NCBI RefSeq assembly: GCF_006345805.1 | Contig: NC_043001.1 | Span: forward strand, 121,148,001 to 121,212,000 | Origin: Octopus sinensis | Taxonomy: Eukaryota | Length of the DNA: 64,000 nucleotides | Direction of reading: 5' to 3' | Shown: positions 37,141 through 49,537 of the stretch, piece by piece | Position numbering within the stretch: position 1 is the first letter of the stretch | How the letters are laid out: every line of letters starts with the position of its first letter | Notes under the pieces: model-generated | Database searches by the model: none | Told to the model about the DNA's origin: nothing | Seen by the model: only the letters and a program-made list of their open reading frames with translations | Program-made: the position numbers and the translations under genes

Positions 37141-40100
37141 ACTTTAAAAAGATGCTTAGGGCTTTACTGATGAGGAAATTGTTTGTTACAGAAAAGTCCA
37201 CCACACAATCTCTTCCACCATTGCAACCAGGAAGCTACCTGTTCTACCCAGTTAGAGGTAGGGTGAGCAAGGAGGCAATTTCACGATGGATTCGGTCGAT
37301 AGACGGATCGATGCAAAACGCGGCAACAACTGTTCGACCTAATTCCACATCAATCAAGCATTGAACGAAAGCGTACAAAACGGTTCCGGCGCTCTACTCT
37401 CATTACAAACAGTTCTGTAACACACTCTCGATAGCACTGCCAAGCTAAAACTTTCTGGTATTTTACCATTGTAGTTCCCTGTCAGAAAGTCCTATAGAAC
37501 AGACCAGCCAGTTCCTTTTCATCGACGCCCAGTAATGCAGCTCCATCAAAGAGACGAACCACGGGAAATTGTGCCTTAGAAACGGAGATCACACTCGATC
37601 ATCGTCCGTAAATTTCTGTTGGTGGCACAGCTTAGGCACGTGTCTACCGTGCCGAGCGCGTCTTGCAGAAGGTATTAGCAGCCGATGGACCTCCTAACTA
37701 GTAGAACACGTCATTTCCTCAAGAACAGACACTCCGACCTAGTTAGACCAAAACTGGGACAAGGTACGACGGTCAGGCGGTAAACTTTGACGTAGGCGAT
37801 GTTTACATTCGTGTCCTACTTCACCTTTCATAGATAGCTTCCTCTTGACTCATTTCTGGGACGAGGTGACATGTTAGACAGCAAGCAATCTAAATCGTTT
37901 GTCAGTCTGTTCAGTGATTCATGACGCTAGCCAATAGTATATACTTGCCTAACAAAACACCTAGTTGCAATCTGAGAAACTTGTTCGGATTTATCGTTGC
38001 ACTTGTCACCACATCGCATGTATTCAGGATGGTGGCGACTATTTTTGAGGTGAACATATATGTTGACACGGATCTCCCGTGTTCCAGCTCGAAAGAGTGC
38101 TCCTCAACAGTTCTAGCTTCTGCAGCTGGAGAAGTAGATGGTATAGAAGAAACGAGAGTGTACACCTCTAGCGAAATGAGTACTCGATTCGAAACGGTTC
38201 CGAGAAATGACCATTCACTCTAGCTACTAAGGATATCCTACTGCGCATTGCTACAACCCAACCTCTGAAAACAGATCCCAAACCGACCTCTTTAGGACGG
38301 CTGCTCGGAAGCGATGATCGGTCCTGTCGAAAACTTTCAACTGATCCAAATTGATCAGATCCTACTGTATCACAAGAGATGGAAATTGTGGATAAGTGTG
38401 TCCAGGATCACTGATAACGGACTCAACCACTTTGCTAATATCTTGTACAAAATCCTAGATTCTGCAGTGAGCAGAATTATGGGCAGGAAAATCTCTACAA
38501 AATCTTCTTGATACTGGAAACTCAGAAAACTGGAAATTCTCCCGTTCTACTTCCTGTTGCAGAAGATGCCTGTCAAGAGGTCGCTCATAACCATAAAGTT
38601 CGTAAAGCAGACCTTTTGAACTGAGTTATTTGTCCCTTGCGCGGCTGGTCACCGCATCACCTATTTCAGCTGCTGTTATCGGTCTTTCACAGATCCTGCA
38701 TCTTCCACTGAGATCTATAACAGACCATTGAATTGGACTCAAAAGTTTACGACTGCTATAAGCCATCGTTCGCCTCCAACAGTCGCCAAAGTGTAACTAG
38801 AAAGCCGCACATCACCTTGTAGTACGTGCTCATACCAGTCCGTTCATAACCGAATCTTGACTTTGTTGCCACGTTACGCCTCTTCCACCCAAATCCGTCG
38901 AACGGTTTTCGTTCCCTTATATTTTAGTGCTGTCTTCTACTTTTCATTAAATATATTTACAATGGCTATTCTCGCTGATTGCGACACCTTTCTTAATCGT
39001 TTTTTTTTTTCTTTTTCACTTTGCTTATTAACTCTCCCTCAACTTTTTTCTTTCTATCGCTAAATCTTTACTAATCACTATCGATGTTCATCTTCAAAGG
39101 GCGCACCATTCTCGGTTGTTGATAATTTTTCCCCCAACAGCTATCCCTTAACTAGCTTGATAATCCGATCCCTGTAGTCTTTATGCCTCGGAAAAGTCGC
39201 GTTCAGCTTCCAGTAATCAGATCACTGTTTTGGATAGGTCCTATCTAAATCGACCGTGCAGAACGCAAATTCGTGGTTTGTGTACCCTACCAGTTAAACT
39301 GTGGACATCTAACACTATCTTTATTCGCTAACCGAACGAAAACTCTATCTAGATAGGATTTGGGTTACGTGATGTGGTTGCTCCATGTTAACACTGGCAC
39401 ATTAGGGAAATCCTATCGGCATCTATCCAACCGTCGGAAATGTCTGGGCAGCTTTTCGAGGCTTTCACACGCACACGATCCCACCGTGTATCTTAAATAC
39501 AACTCCAATCCTCAAGTAGTACTCAAGAGTGGGAAGTTACCAATGTTTCTAGACGCCTGAAGGAATCCGGTCATCCTGTCCCACTTAAGGTAAAACCGCT
39601 ACAAGTTTGAGACACTGCTCTTACTGTCGTTCACATTCAGAACCACCAATTCAGATCGAAGAATGTTGTCTGTTAACACTAATTCCAATCCTTTCCTGAA
39701 TATCACTGCCAATCCACTGCCCGATCGAGACAAACGACAAAATGAGTACAATTCGTAGTCGCTAAAAATGGTTAAGAGTGTGTGTGTGTGTGTGTGTGTG
39801 CTCCAGAAATTCTAGTCTCGCTAATAGCTACATCTTTTATGGGGATCTGACGTCGTGGAGCAAGTGACGTTGCTGCAAAGCTGACACCAGACAACACACA
39901 TTCATACGTTACTTTAAATGTAGCTATGTCTGTCGGAGAGGTCACTCATCTCTAAAGGGCGAGTACTGTAGTTCCCTCTTTGGGATGGTGATCCTTCAAA
40001 GGCTTCTCTAATAGATTCTTATGTACAATTTTCCTGAAAATCCCCAGAGCTTCGGGAATAGTGAGGATTTGAGTGTCATGTACATGTCTGCTAACGTTTT

Positions 40101-40369
40101 TATTAATATTTTGTCTTTGTGTATTTGGGAAATGAATTCCTTCAATTCTCCCATTTTGTTGCTATTTCGTCTTTGTATCGTTTTGAAATGTATTCTGTCG
40201 ACTATCGTTTTTAATTAGAGCGGTGAAGTTAATGAAGTTTTCTTTATGTGTATTTGGCTGTGTCGTTGTTTCTTTGAGTATTTGTTGTCATCGCCTTTAT
40301 GTTTGTATATTTTCCTGTTGCTGTTGTTGTTGCTGCTGCTTGTTTGTTTGTTTGTTTGTTTGTTCAGCG

Positions 40370-40730
40370 AAGTGGTCTTCGTCCGTCTGTAGTGGGAGAA
40401 GTACGAAATGTGGTCCTTTGCTATTCGTAAGAGTCGCAGAAGAGAAAGCAGGTCAACCCCCGACACCGAGAGCATCGACGGATGGATGAATGCGCATCCA
40501 GGCTCAGCGGTTTCGTAGGAAGTCGGAGACAAGAAACAAGAAGAAAGAGTGAGAGAAAGTTGGAGCGAAAGAGTACAACAGGGGTCGCCACAACCCCCTG
40601 CCGGAGCCTCGTGGAGCTTTAGGTGTTTTCGCTTAATTAACACACACAACGCCTGGTCTGGGAATTGAAACCGCGATCCTCCGACCGTGAGTCCGCTGCC
40701 TTTACCATTGGGCCATTGCACCTCCACTGT
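40370..40730 (-). mobile_element. tRNA-derived SINE with the same head as 36354 and a different tail
   Basis: The reverse complement of 40540-40730 matches 36354-36545; the tail is unrelated and ends in (AAC/CAAA)n. Confidence 0.8.
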
Positions 40731-41236
40731 TGCTGCTGCTGCTGCTGCTCTTTTAGTTGGTGTGTTTGGGTGTTGTTGTGGTGGTGGGTTTATCTTTTGA
40801 AGTTATTTTGGTGATTGTGCAGGAGGGTAACGGATTTGTGGATTTTTGATACAATCTTTGGTTGTTTTTTTTTTTAGTCTCTGTTAACAATTTGACACTA
40901 TCTGGGAACCCCTTTTCCCTCTTCGCCATTTGACGAGAAATCGGGGGTGCATTTGTGTCGCTTATGCCTGTGTGTTTCTGCCGCTCTTGCACTTATGGCC
41001 TCGACAGCAAGATGGTTTTCGTTCATTTCCGCAGACGACAGAAGGCTCTCTGGTGATTGGTGCTGCCACAAATGTAACACCAAGCTCCTCTACAATCTAC
41101 CCTATTAACTCTCCATTCTCCGGGCGAATGAGTTCGGGGATCTTTTATAGATTTTCTAGGGTAGGCAGCATCAGTACTTCTACTTTTCTTTCTCAACAAT
41201 TTTTACGAGTTTGCTCTCATATTAATTATTTCCTTA

Positions 41237-42031
41237 GGATCTTTTCCTTTCGAACGGCACTTTGTAACATAATTTCTAGGTAACTAAAAAGTTTTAAACC
41301 TCGTATACTGGTAGAATGTGTTTATAAAACATCATTTTCTCTTGGCTTTATTGAGAAAATTCTATATGTTGTAACATATTTCGTCTTTAATTTCGAGCAT
41401 TTCGGCAATTTTAACCAATCACTGGCGTCCATGTAGGTAAATAACATTCTGTGCATAATGAATATGTCCCTCCTTTAAGAAACAGATTGGGTTTATTTAT
41501 ACTTGTGAAGAAAAGAAGATACCCTTCCCCAACCCCTAACCCTAACTCTAAAATAAATTGAAATGCAATAGATCGATACTAGGGTTATAATTATGGGTGA
41601 CAATTTCATACGACACCGCTAGAAAAAAATCCCATTTTCCGTAGCAGTGTCGTATAAAATTGTCACCCATAATAATAACCCTAGTATCGATCTATTGCAT
41701 TTCAATCTATTTTAGATTTAGGGTTAGGGTAAGTGGTGGGGGAAAGGTATCTTTTTTCTTCACAAATGTAAATAAACCCAATCTGTTTCTTAAAGGAGGG
41801 ACATATTCATTATGCACAGAATGTTATTTACCTAAATGGACGCCAGTGATTAGTTAAAATTGCCGAAATGCTCGAAATTAAAGACGAAATATATTACAAC
41901 ATATAGAATTTTCTCAATAAAACCAAGAGAAAATGATGTTTTATAAACACATTCTACCAGTATACGAGGTTTAAAACTTTTTAGTTACCTAGAAATTATG
42001 TTACAAAGTGCCGTTCAAAAGGAAAAGATCC
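41237..42031. mobile_element. 795-bp foldback MITE with 8-bp TSD (TTTCCTTA)
   Basis: Arms of ~385 bp are near-perfect reverse complements, termini GGATCTTTT...AAAAGATCC, TSD at 41229-41236 and 42032-42039. The superfamily (Merlin or hAT-like from the 8-bp TSD) is uncertain. Confidence 0.9.
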
Positions 42032-44899
42032 TTTCCTTATTCACTTCCAAGGACAATGTAAAATATTTTATTTTAGTTTTAGGTGGCACGTTACTTCGTT
42101 CCACCCATCTTATTTTCTTGCCTCCTCAAACAAGGGGTTGCGGTTAGATTGTCCTTAGAGGCCCACCTGTGTCTGGCTGTTTTTATTCCCTCTTATTCAT
42201 TGAAGCAGTATCCTACCACCGCATCATATAGTCATCCCTTCCCGTATGCCATACTAATGCTCACACGTCATGCTTCCATTTCCCCGCTTTGCTAGAATAG
42301 GGAGATCGCTTTCCCTGCTTTTTTCGGTTTATGTCCCTATATAAGAAAGCTCACTTTTTATTTCTCTTCCTTTAATCGGGCCGAGCTTAGCTTTAACAGT
42401 ATCCATAATCTCTACGTGAAATCCTGACGTTGTCGTCAGTTGCAAACTCAACTCAAATTTGGGTCGCGTGTGCAAATGATGCTGCTGTTCTCAGTGTCGT
42501 TATTTGCTGTTGTTGTTGTTCTCATTATTGTTATAGTTGATGGCGACGACGTTAGTTTCGTTGCTATTGTTGTTGTACGTGGGTCTCAGAGGAATTGGCA
42601 TCAGCGGTTCTACTGTCACATTCATTGCTAATCAACGGTGGTAGATTTACTGTTGTTGTTGTTGTTGTTGTCGAGGCTGCTATTGAACTGCTGTGGACTA
42701 CGAGAGAAGACTGACAGTGTCTATCGTAACTACTACTATCAACTTGTATTTCAACTCCAAATGGAATGACTTGAATCATAGATCAGCTCAACGCATAACA
42801 CAGCTCAATACAATACACCCTGCACACCAAAGTAACATGGGATTTTGTCGAAAATGTGAAATACTTCAAGTGGTTGGAAAAACTTTAACAAGATCTTGTG
42901 TCATATGACAAAAGTGACAGCAGAAACTACGAAACAAATCCAACAACAATATAAACCCAATTCTATATCTCCAAAAGACAATACTGTGCACTAAGGTGTA
43001 CGTGGTAGTGCTTAATGAAGCTGTTGGGAAAATAATGATGATGATGGTGGTGGCAGTGGTGGCGGTAGTAGTGGCAGCAGTGGTGGTGGTGGTGGCGGCG
43101 GCAGGGTGGTGGTGGTGACGACGACGACAATATGGGTAACGATGATATTGCTGCTGCTGCTTCCGAAGATGACGGCGGTGATGGTGGGTAGGATGATAAT
43201 GGTTTCTGATTTAGGCTCAAGAGAACGTGTTAGTTGATCCATCCACACTAGTAATCAACTTGTACTTTATTTTTATCTACCTCAGAGGGATGGAACGCGA
43301 AGTTGACCTCAATAGGTGTTGCACTCAAAATGTAAAGAGCCAAAACAAATACTGCAGAGTTCTAATAATAAGCAAATCTCTGAGCAATTTAGCTGGTCTA
43401 TGTGTCCAATGCTCTGCAAAGTTTTCTTTCTAATAGCATGAAGTTGCTTCTCCAGTTGCCAGGCAGCAAGACAACCAGTTTAACAATAATGGTCTCTAAC
43501 AGCTAATGAACAGGAATGGGCACAGTTTTGAAAGCCAACAGAATACATAACACTCATCAGTTATAGTATGATGATTGTACATTATTTTTTTACAGGCAAA
43601 ATTGACTGGTGATAGATAAATAACTTTGCTAGAGAGATCATGAAGTGCCAGTATGATAGAGAAAGGACCGCAAATTGGCTATCAGAGACTGTTTATTTGA
43701 AAATGACTTCTTTTTATTAACTTTTATCAGTAAGGTATACACATTCATAATACATCATTACAACTGTCGTTATGTGCGGTCCGTGACTGCAATGTTGAAA
43801 GATTTAATACATTGACAACAGGTTCTACTGTTAATACAGACATATGTGATACTCATTAGACAACTATTATTGGCTATTATAGATAGTGAAAGGATTAACT
43901 CATTGAAAATAGGCTCCTTAAGCAGAAGAACTGTATGTGGTAATCATTACACCAGCAGTTCCCAACCAGGCTCCTCTGGAACGCCAGAGTTTCATATGCA
44001 ATCACAAGATGTCCTGTGAGAAACAAGCATGACTGTGGTTAAGAAGCTTGTTTTGTAACCTCATGGCTTCAGGGTCAGTTCCACTGTGCAGCACCTTGAG
44101 CAAGTGTCTTCTTTTATAGCCCTGGATAGACCAATGTCATGTGAGTCAATATGTAAACAGGTTTTTGTGCATAAGCTCATCATATATATGTTTATATACA
44201 TGTGTGTGTGCGTGTGTGTATCAGTGTGCAAAATTGTGCCTGTGTTTGCTTCCCTGCACCATTTGAAAACCAGTATTGATTTGTTTAGGCTCCTGTAACA
44301 TAGTGGTTTGATAAAATAAATCAATAAAATAAGCACACTTAAAAAAAAAAGTACAGAGTTCGATTTGTTCAACTAAAACCATTCAAGATGGTGCCCCATT
44401 ATAGCCACAGTCCAATGAGAGAAACAAGTAAAAGATAAAAGATATAAGACATAAGTTAATTGTATGCATTTTTGAGTCATTTTTGTGTTTAATTTTGTTT
44501 TCATAATTTTATTACACACACAGACATAGTTGCATAGTTTCTCTTCTCAATTATGTGGTTTCAGACTCAGTCCCATTACACAGCAACCTGAACAAGTGTC
44601 TTCTACAGCAGCCTAGGCTGAACAATACCTTGTGAGTGAATTTAGTTGATGGAAACTGTACAAAACCAGTGTATATACACATACATACATATGCATGCAC
44701 ATGCACACATACATACATTTATACATACATACATACATGACGATGACTGTCCCCTTGTTATCGAGTATGGCCATTGCACGAGGCTTAACTGTTATTGGTG
44801 CTGTGATCGAATGTGACTTTTTAGCCCAGCTTAAGATCTATAATGTCTTATACAGAAATGGCAGCTAAAACCTTTACCGGTTGTAACTAGACTTCATGT

Positions 44900-45235
44900 A
44901 CCTTTGCATGTTGTTTAAGTCCTCCTGCCAAATTACACTCCCTTCCACATGCCTAACAGATATGATTAGTATGGTGTGTAGCACCACCAACAGCAACCTG
45001 GTCATCAATCATTTGTCTCGCTTTATGATTATGAAGCTGACTCTTGAGTCCAGCTTTACTGAGGCAAGGTCTTGCACAGACACTGTATATCAGCATCATA
45101 GGAAGAACCTTACCTGCCACGGTCAATAGCTATGCCCTCCCATGTGTCAGGAGAGATGCTAGTATCTCTTAAGGAAGCCTTCAGCAAATCTTCATACCTC
45201 TTTTTTGGTTTATGTGGAGGTCGTTCTCCTTTAGC
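44900..45235 (-). mobile_element. RTE/BovB-like C-terminal fragment
   Basis: Minus-strand KGERPPHKPKKRYEDLLKASLRDTSISPDTWEGIAIDR resembles an RTE C-terminus. Confidence 0.55.
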
Positions 45236-45264
45236 TAAACATACATACATACACACATACATAC

Positions 45265-46410
45265 AGATCCAAGCCATCACTGGAACTGTAAAAATTTGTA
45301 AAACTTTCCAGAAGTTTATCATTTAAGTATATATGACGTAAAAGCACCCACTACATTCTTGGAGTGGTTAACTTTAAGAAGGGCATCCAGCTGTAGAAAG
45401 TTTGCCAGATCAGATTGGAGCCTGGTGCAGCCTTCTGGCTCACCAGTCCTCAGTCAAACCATCCGACCCATGCCAGCATGGAAAGCAGACGTTAAGTGAC
45501 AATGATGATGATGATGAGCATGTCCAGAAATGCATCTACATGCATAAGAATATGTACATAAAACAAAACATAACTATACACATGCACTGACTCCAAATAC
45601 TGCACATATACGCACATAAATGCAAAAATGCCTGTTGATATTGGTGAAATTCAAATGAAGGAGCTTTGGATCTAAGTTAGAGACCAGCTCTTTCTCTATT
45701 GAGAAGGAATAAAATAAAATAAAACTGAATGATATACATACATAAAAATAAAACTGAATAACATACATACATACATAAAAACCTACAGTATGGTAGAAGC
45801 CATAGCCACCCATAATAAAAAGGAGTACTGGTGGAATGTCCCAGTGAAAACCTAAATAAAATGTAAACATAATAGACCTGACACAGTAATTTGTGATAGA
45901 GAAAAGAAACTGTGTACAGTTATGAAAATCAGCTGCCCAGCAGATCAGTGAAACAGAAAATACCTACACTGAACTATTGAGGAATCCACAGCTACTCTAT
46001 CCAGATTACAAGTTCAGGTTTAAACTTGTAATTATTGGAGCACTGGGATGTGTAACACACTGCCTAAATAACAATCTTGAGAAATTAAGCTTCTCAAAAC
46101 CAGAAAAGAGAAAACTGATTGGAAAATTAGAGATCCAATCCATCATTGAAACTGTAAAAATCTGTGAAACTTTCCAGAAGTTTATCATTTAAGTGTATAG
46201 GAGCATGTCTAGATATGTAACTATATGCATGAGAATACATACATAAAATGAAACATACAAATCTGCATGTGTACATACATACATACATACATACAAAAAT
46301 ACCCTGTTGATGTTGAAATTCCAGTGAAGGAGCCTTGGATCTAGGTTAGAAACTGGTGCTTTCTCTATTGGCATGAAATCTTGAAATAAAACTGAATAAT
46401 GACATGCATA
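45265..46410 (+). mobile_element. Two tandem 5'-truncated copies of the same R4/Dong-like family, each preceded by (CATA)n
   Basis: Copy B (45265-45760) has an RTE-tail insert at ~45337-45517; copy C (45778-46410) aligns with 31120-31640. Confidence 0.75.
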
Positions 46411-46709
46411 TATGTACATATATGTAAAAATAACAAAGTAGGGATATATATATGTGTGTGTGTGTATGTATGATATATGTATGTATGTACATGTGTGTTT
46501 GTATATATATGTATGTATGTCCTGGGTATGGCTTTAAACGGCATCCAATAGTGGGACCCTTGTAGGGAGTTTCAGGATTTTAAGGCGTGTGAAACCACCT
46601 CTTAGTCACCATTGTTTCCGGGCCTGTTCTGACCTGAAGTGGTAACATGTGTTAGGGTCCCAGCAATGGGTTAATTAGCATATGAGTTACTGGGGTGAAA
46701 GACTTTTAA

Positions 46710-46925
46710 CCCTTTAGCATTTAAACCGGTCATACCTGGCCAAAATATTGTACCTGTTTTATGTTCAAACTGGCCAGATATGGCATCTCACACCTATCCT
46801 ATAATGTCATTCTAAAAATAAACAATCACGTCATTGAAATCTTGAGGCTACAAGACAATGCATAGTTCAAAACAATGTGAATAAATAAACATTACTTTTG
46901 ATTGAATAATGTGAATGCTAAAAGG
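46710..46925. mobile_element. piggyBac-type MITE
   Basis: TTAA|CCCTTTAGCATT...AATGCTAAAAGG|TTAA. Confidence 0.8.
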
Positions 46926-47189
46926 TTAAACTGAATATTATAACAAGCATTAAAAATTTGTTCCACCTATCTTGCATATCTTCCATCTTAATAACTTGAA
47001 TAAGACTATCTTAAAAGGACGTGTGGAGGGGAAGAGAGCAAGAGGCCAAAGATGTTTTTGGACTGATAACTTCAAAGAATAGATAAGAAAGAAGAGCCTG
47101 GTTTGTGTATGCACAATGCAGAATGACTTGGAGAGTCTTGGCAAAATGAACTCTGGACACAGGGAGGACACCTGGTTTATTGTTGATGA

Positions 47190-47785
47190 CACATAACTGT
47201 GGAGGGAACCTGTGGTAGAGGGGTAGACCCAGGGAGACATGGGACGAGTTGGTGAAGCATGATCTTCAAACTTTGGGCCTCACAGAGGCAATGACTAGTG
47301 ACCAAAACCTTTGGAGGTATGCTTGAGAAGACCCATCAAGCCAAGCGAAATTGTAGTCATGGCTGATGCTAGTGTCATATAACTGGCACCTTTTCCAGTG
47401 GCACATAAAAAACACCTTTTGAGCATCAGGCTTCATGGAGGCAAAGTGGTAGATGCTGGTGGCATGTGAAAAGTTCCTTTCAAGGAGGCAATGATGAATG
47501 ACGAAGACCTTTGGCATTTTGTTGTACTTGAAAAGAAGACCCATCAGGCCAAATAAAATCTCAGTTGTGGCAAATACTGGTGGCATGCAAATGGCACCCA
47601 TGCCAGTGACACGTAAAAGCACCCATTATACTCTCAGAGTGGTTAGCATTAGGAAGGGCATCCAGCTGTAGAGACCATGCCAATTCAGACTGAAGCCTGG
47701 TGCAGCCTTACAGCTTGCCAACCCTGGTCAAACCACCCAACTCATGCCAGCATGGACAATGGATGTTAAATGATGATGATGATGA
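47190..47785 (+). mobile_element. RTE 3' fragment with 3' UTR and (GAT)n tail
   Basis: VEGTCGRG...ETWDELVKHDLQTLGL similarity to 6810-6950; tail at ~47770. Confidence 0.8.
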
Positions 47786-47929
47786 TATATGTATATATAT
47801 ATTTCCAAATTTGTGTAAATGTGTATAGAATAATATATCAGTTGAATAAAGTTACAACATGGTCTGGTTTTCACGTTTTTTATTATTATATCTAAAAAAA
47901 AATGTTTGCAATGTTGAAGTGTGTTAAAC

Positions 47930-48868
47930 ATGAGCGGCTGTGTGGTAAGTAGCTCAGTCCCACAGTGTGGCACCTTGGGCAAGTGTCTTCTACTATAGCC
48001 TTGGGCTAACCAAAACCTTGAGTGGATTTGGTAGACGGAAACTGAAAGAAGCCCGTCATATATATGTATATATATATGTATATGTGTGTATATGTTTGTG
48101 CGTCTATGTTTGTTCCCCAACATCGCTTGACAACCGATGCTGGTGTGTTTATGTCCCTGTAACTTAGCGGTTTGGCAAAATAAACCGATAGAATAAGAAC
48201 TAACAAAGAATAAGTCCTGGGGTCGATTTCTTTGACTAAAGGTGGTGCTCCAGCATGGCTGCAGTCAAATGACTGAAACAAGTAAAAAGAGTAAAAGAGT
48301 AATGGTCATAAAGTTCAATTAGTGCTTTCATATGTTCATAGTAATCATCAGATTTCAAAATGTATTGACTGATAGTTGAGTTGAATGCTTGACAACTGTA
48401 GCAAAATGATTGACTTCTTCCTTTTTATACCTTTTTGAAGGCTCTGACAAGCTGAATTTTTCTGATACGGTTTTGACCAATCAGCATGCAGCTTAAACTG
48501 TATGCTTGTCGGAGCCTTCTAAAAGGTATAAAAAGGAAGAAGCGAACATGCATGTATGGGTAAGCATGTACATATGTAATTTTGGATAGGTAGAACTCTT
48601 TTGCTGATGTGATATAAAATACACCTGGTCCATTTGGTTAAAGTTTTCAGCAAATGAATAGAGCCACCATATATCTCTCTTTTATTTGTTTCAGTCGTTT
48701 GACTGTGGCCATGCTGGAGCACCGCCTTTAGTCAAGCAAATCGACCCTAGGACTTATTCTTTGTAAGCCTAGTAGTTAGTCTATCAGTTACTTTTGCCGA
48801 ACGGTAAGTTACGGGGACATAAACACACCAGCATCGGTTGTCAAGCGATGTTGGAGGAACAAACACAG

Positions 48869-48913
<45 letters not shown>

Positions 48914-49485
48914 AAGGACTTCTTTCAGTTTCCGTTTACCAATTCCACTCACAAGGCTTTGGTTGGCACTTACCCAAGGTGCCACACAGTGAGACTGAAC
49001 CCGGAACCATGTGGTTCGTAAGCAAGCAAGTTACCACACAGCCATAGAAGATTCTTTAGTGTTTCAGAGGATCTCTACTGCTGGCACCGCAATAAAATGC
49101 AACTCATTATGTTTAGGTGCAGGCGTGGCTGTGAGGTAAGAAGCTTGCTTCCCAACCTCAAGGTTCTGGGTTCAGTCCCACTGCATGGCACCTTGGGCAA
49201 GTGTCTTCTACTGTAGCCTCGGGCCAACCAAAGCCTTGTGAGTGGATTTGGTAGACGGAAACTGAAAGAAGCTCGTATATATGTGTGTGTGTCTGTATTT
49301 GCCTCACCCCCATCGCTTGACAACCGATGTTGTGTGTTTACATCCCAGTAACTTAGCGGTTCAGCAAAAGAGACCAATAGAATAAGTACTAGGCTTACAA
49401 AGAATAAGTCCTGGGGGTCGATTTGTTTGACTAAAGGCGATACTCCAGCGTGGCCGCAGTCAAATGACTGAAACTAGTAAAAGAA
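47930..49485. mobile_element. Three copies of one SINE family in alternating orientation (+ 47930-48295, - 48680-49045, + 49120-49485)
   Basis: Shared GGCACCTTGGGCAAGTGTCTTCTACT...GTGGATTTGGTAGACGGAAACTGAAAGAAG...GACTGAAAC segments. Confidence 0.85.
48414..48542. other. 39-bp-arm inverted repeat (hairpin) in non-repeat sequence
   Basis: 48414-48452 versus 48504-48542: 37/39 Watson-Crick pairs, one G-U and one mismatch on the + strand. Confidence 0.85.
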
Positions 49486-49537
49486 TCCCTTTATAGAATG
49501 GCTCACAATTTTTATCCATAGAAAACATGCCAAAATC

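Larger units (their letters stand above)
37400..42400 (-). mobile_element. Degenerate L1/Tx1-like LINE (ORF1 with CCHC knuckle, APE, RT), carrying MITE and SINE insertions
   Basis: Minus strand in order: NVPP-containing ORF1 (~42050-42300), CYICGSTNHQRAFC knuckle (~41030-41075), SGSGLAVIFRKG..ELVVLNV (~39600-39730), GLLYELY and FLPIILLTAE.RILYKILAK (~38400-38640), VTSATINPNK..LQLG (~37950-38010), VYRLTVVPCP (~37760). Confidence 0.65.

Noticed and set aside
42300-43200. Possible promoter or first exon with S/T- and H/P-rich ORFs
   Set aside because: The CpG-rich part fits the L1-like 5' region, the ORFs come from (GTT)/(GGT) repeats, and there are no convincing splice sites or homology.
46320-46370. 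Hammerhead-like motif in the R4/Dong 3' UTR (also ~45655-45700)
   Set aside because: A stem II-like hairpin and GAAAC-like box are present, but the core is GUGAAGG/AUGAAGG and no adjacent stem I forms.
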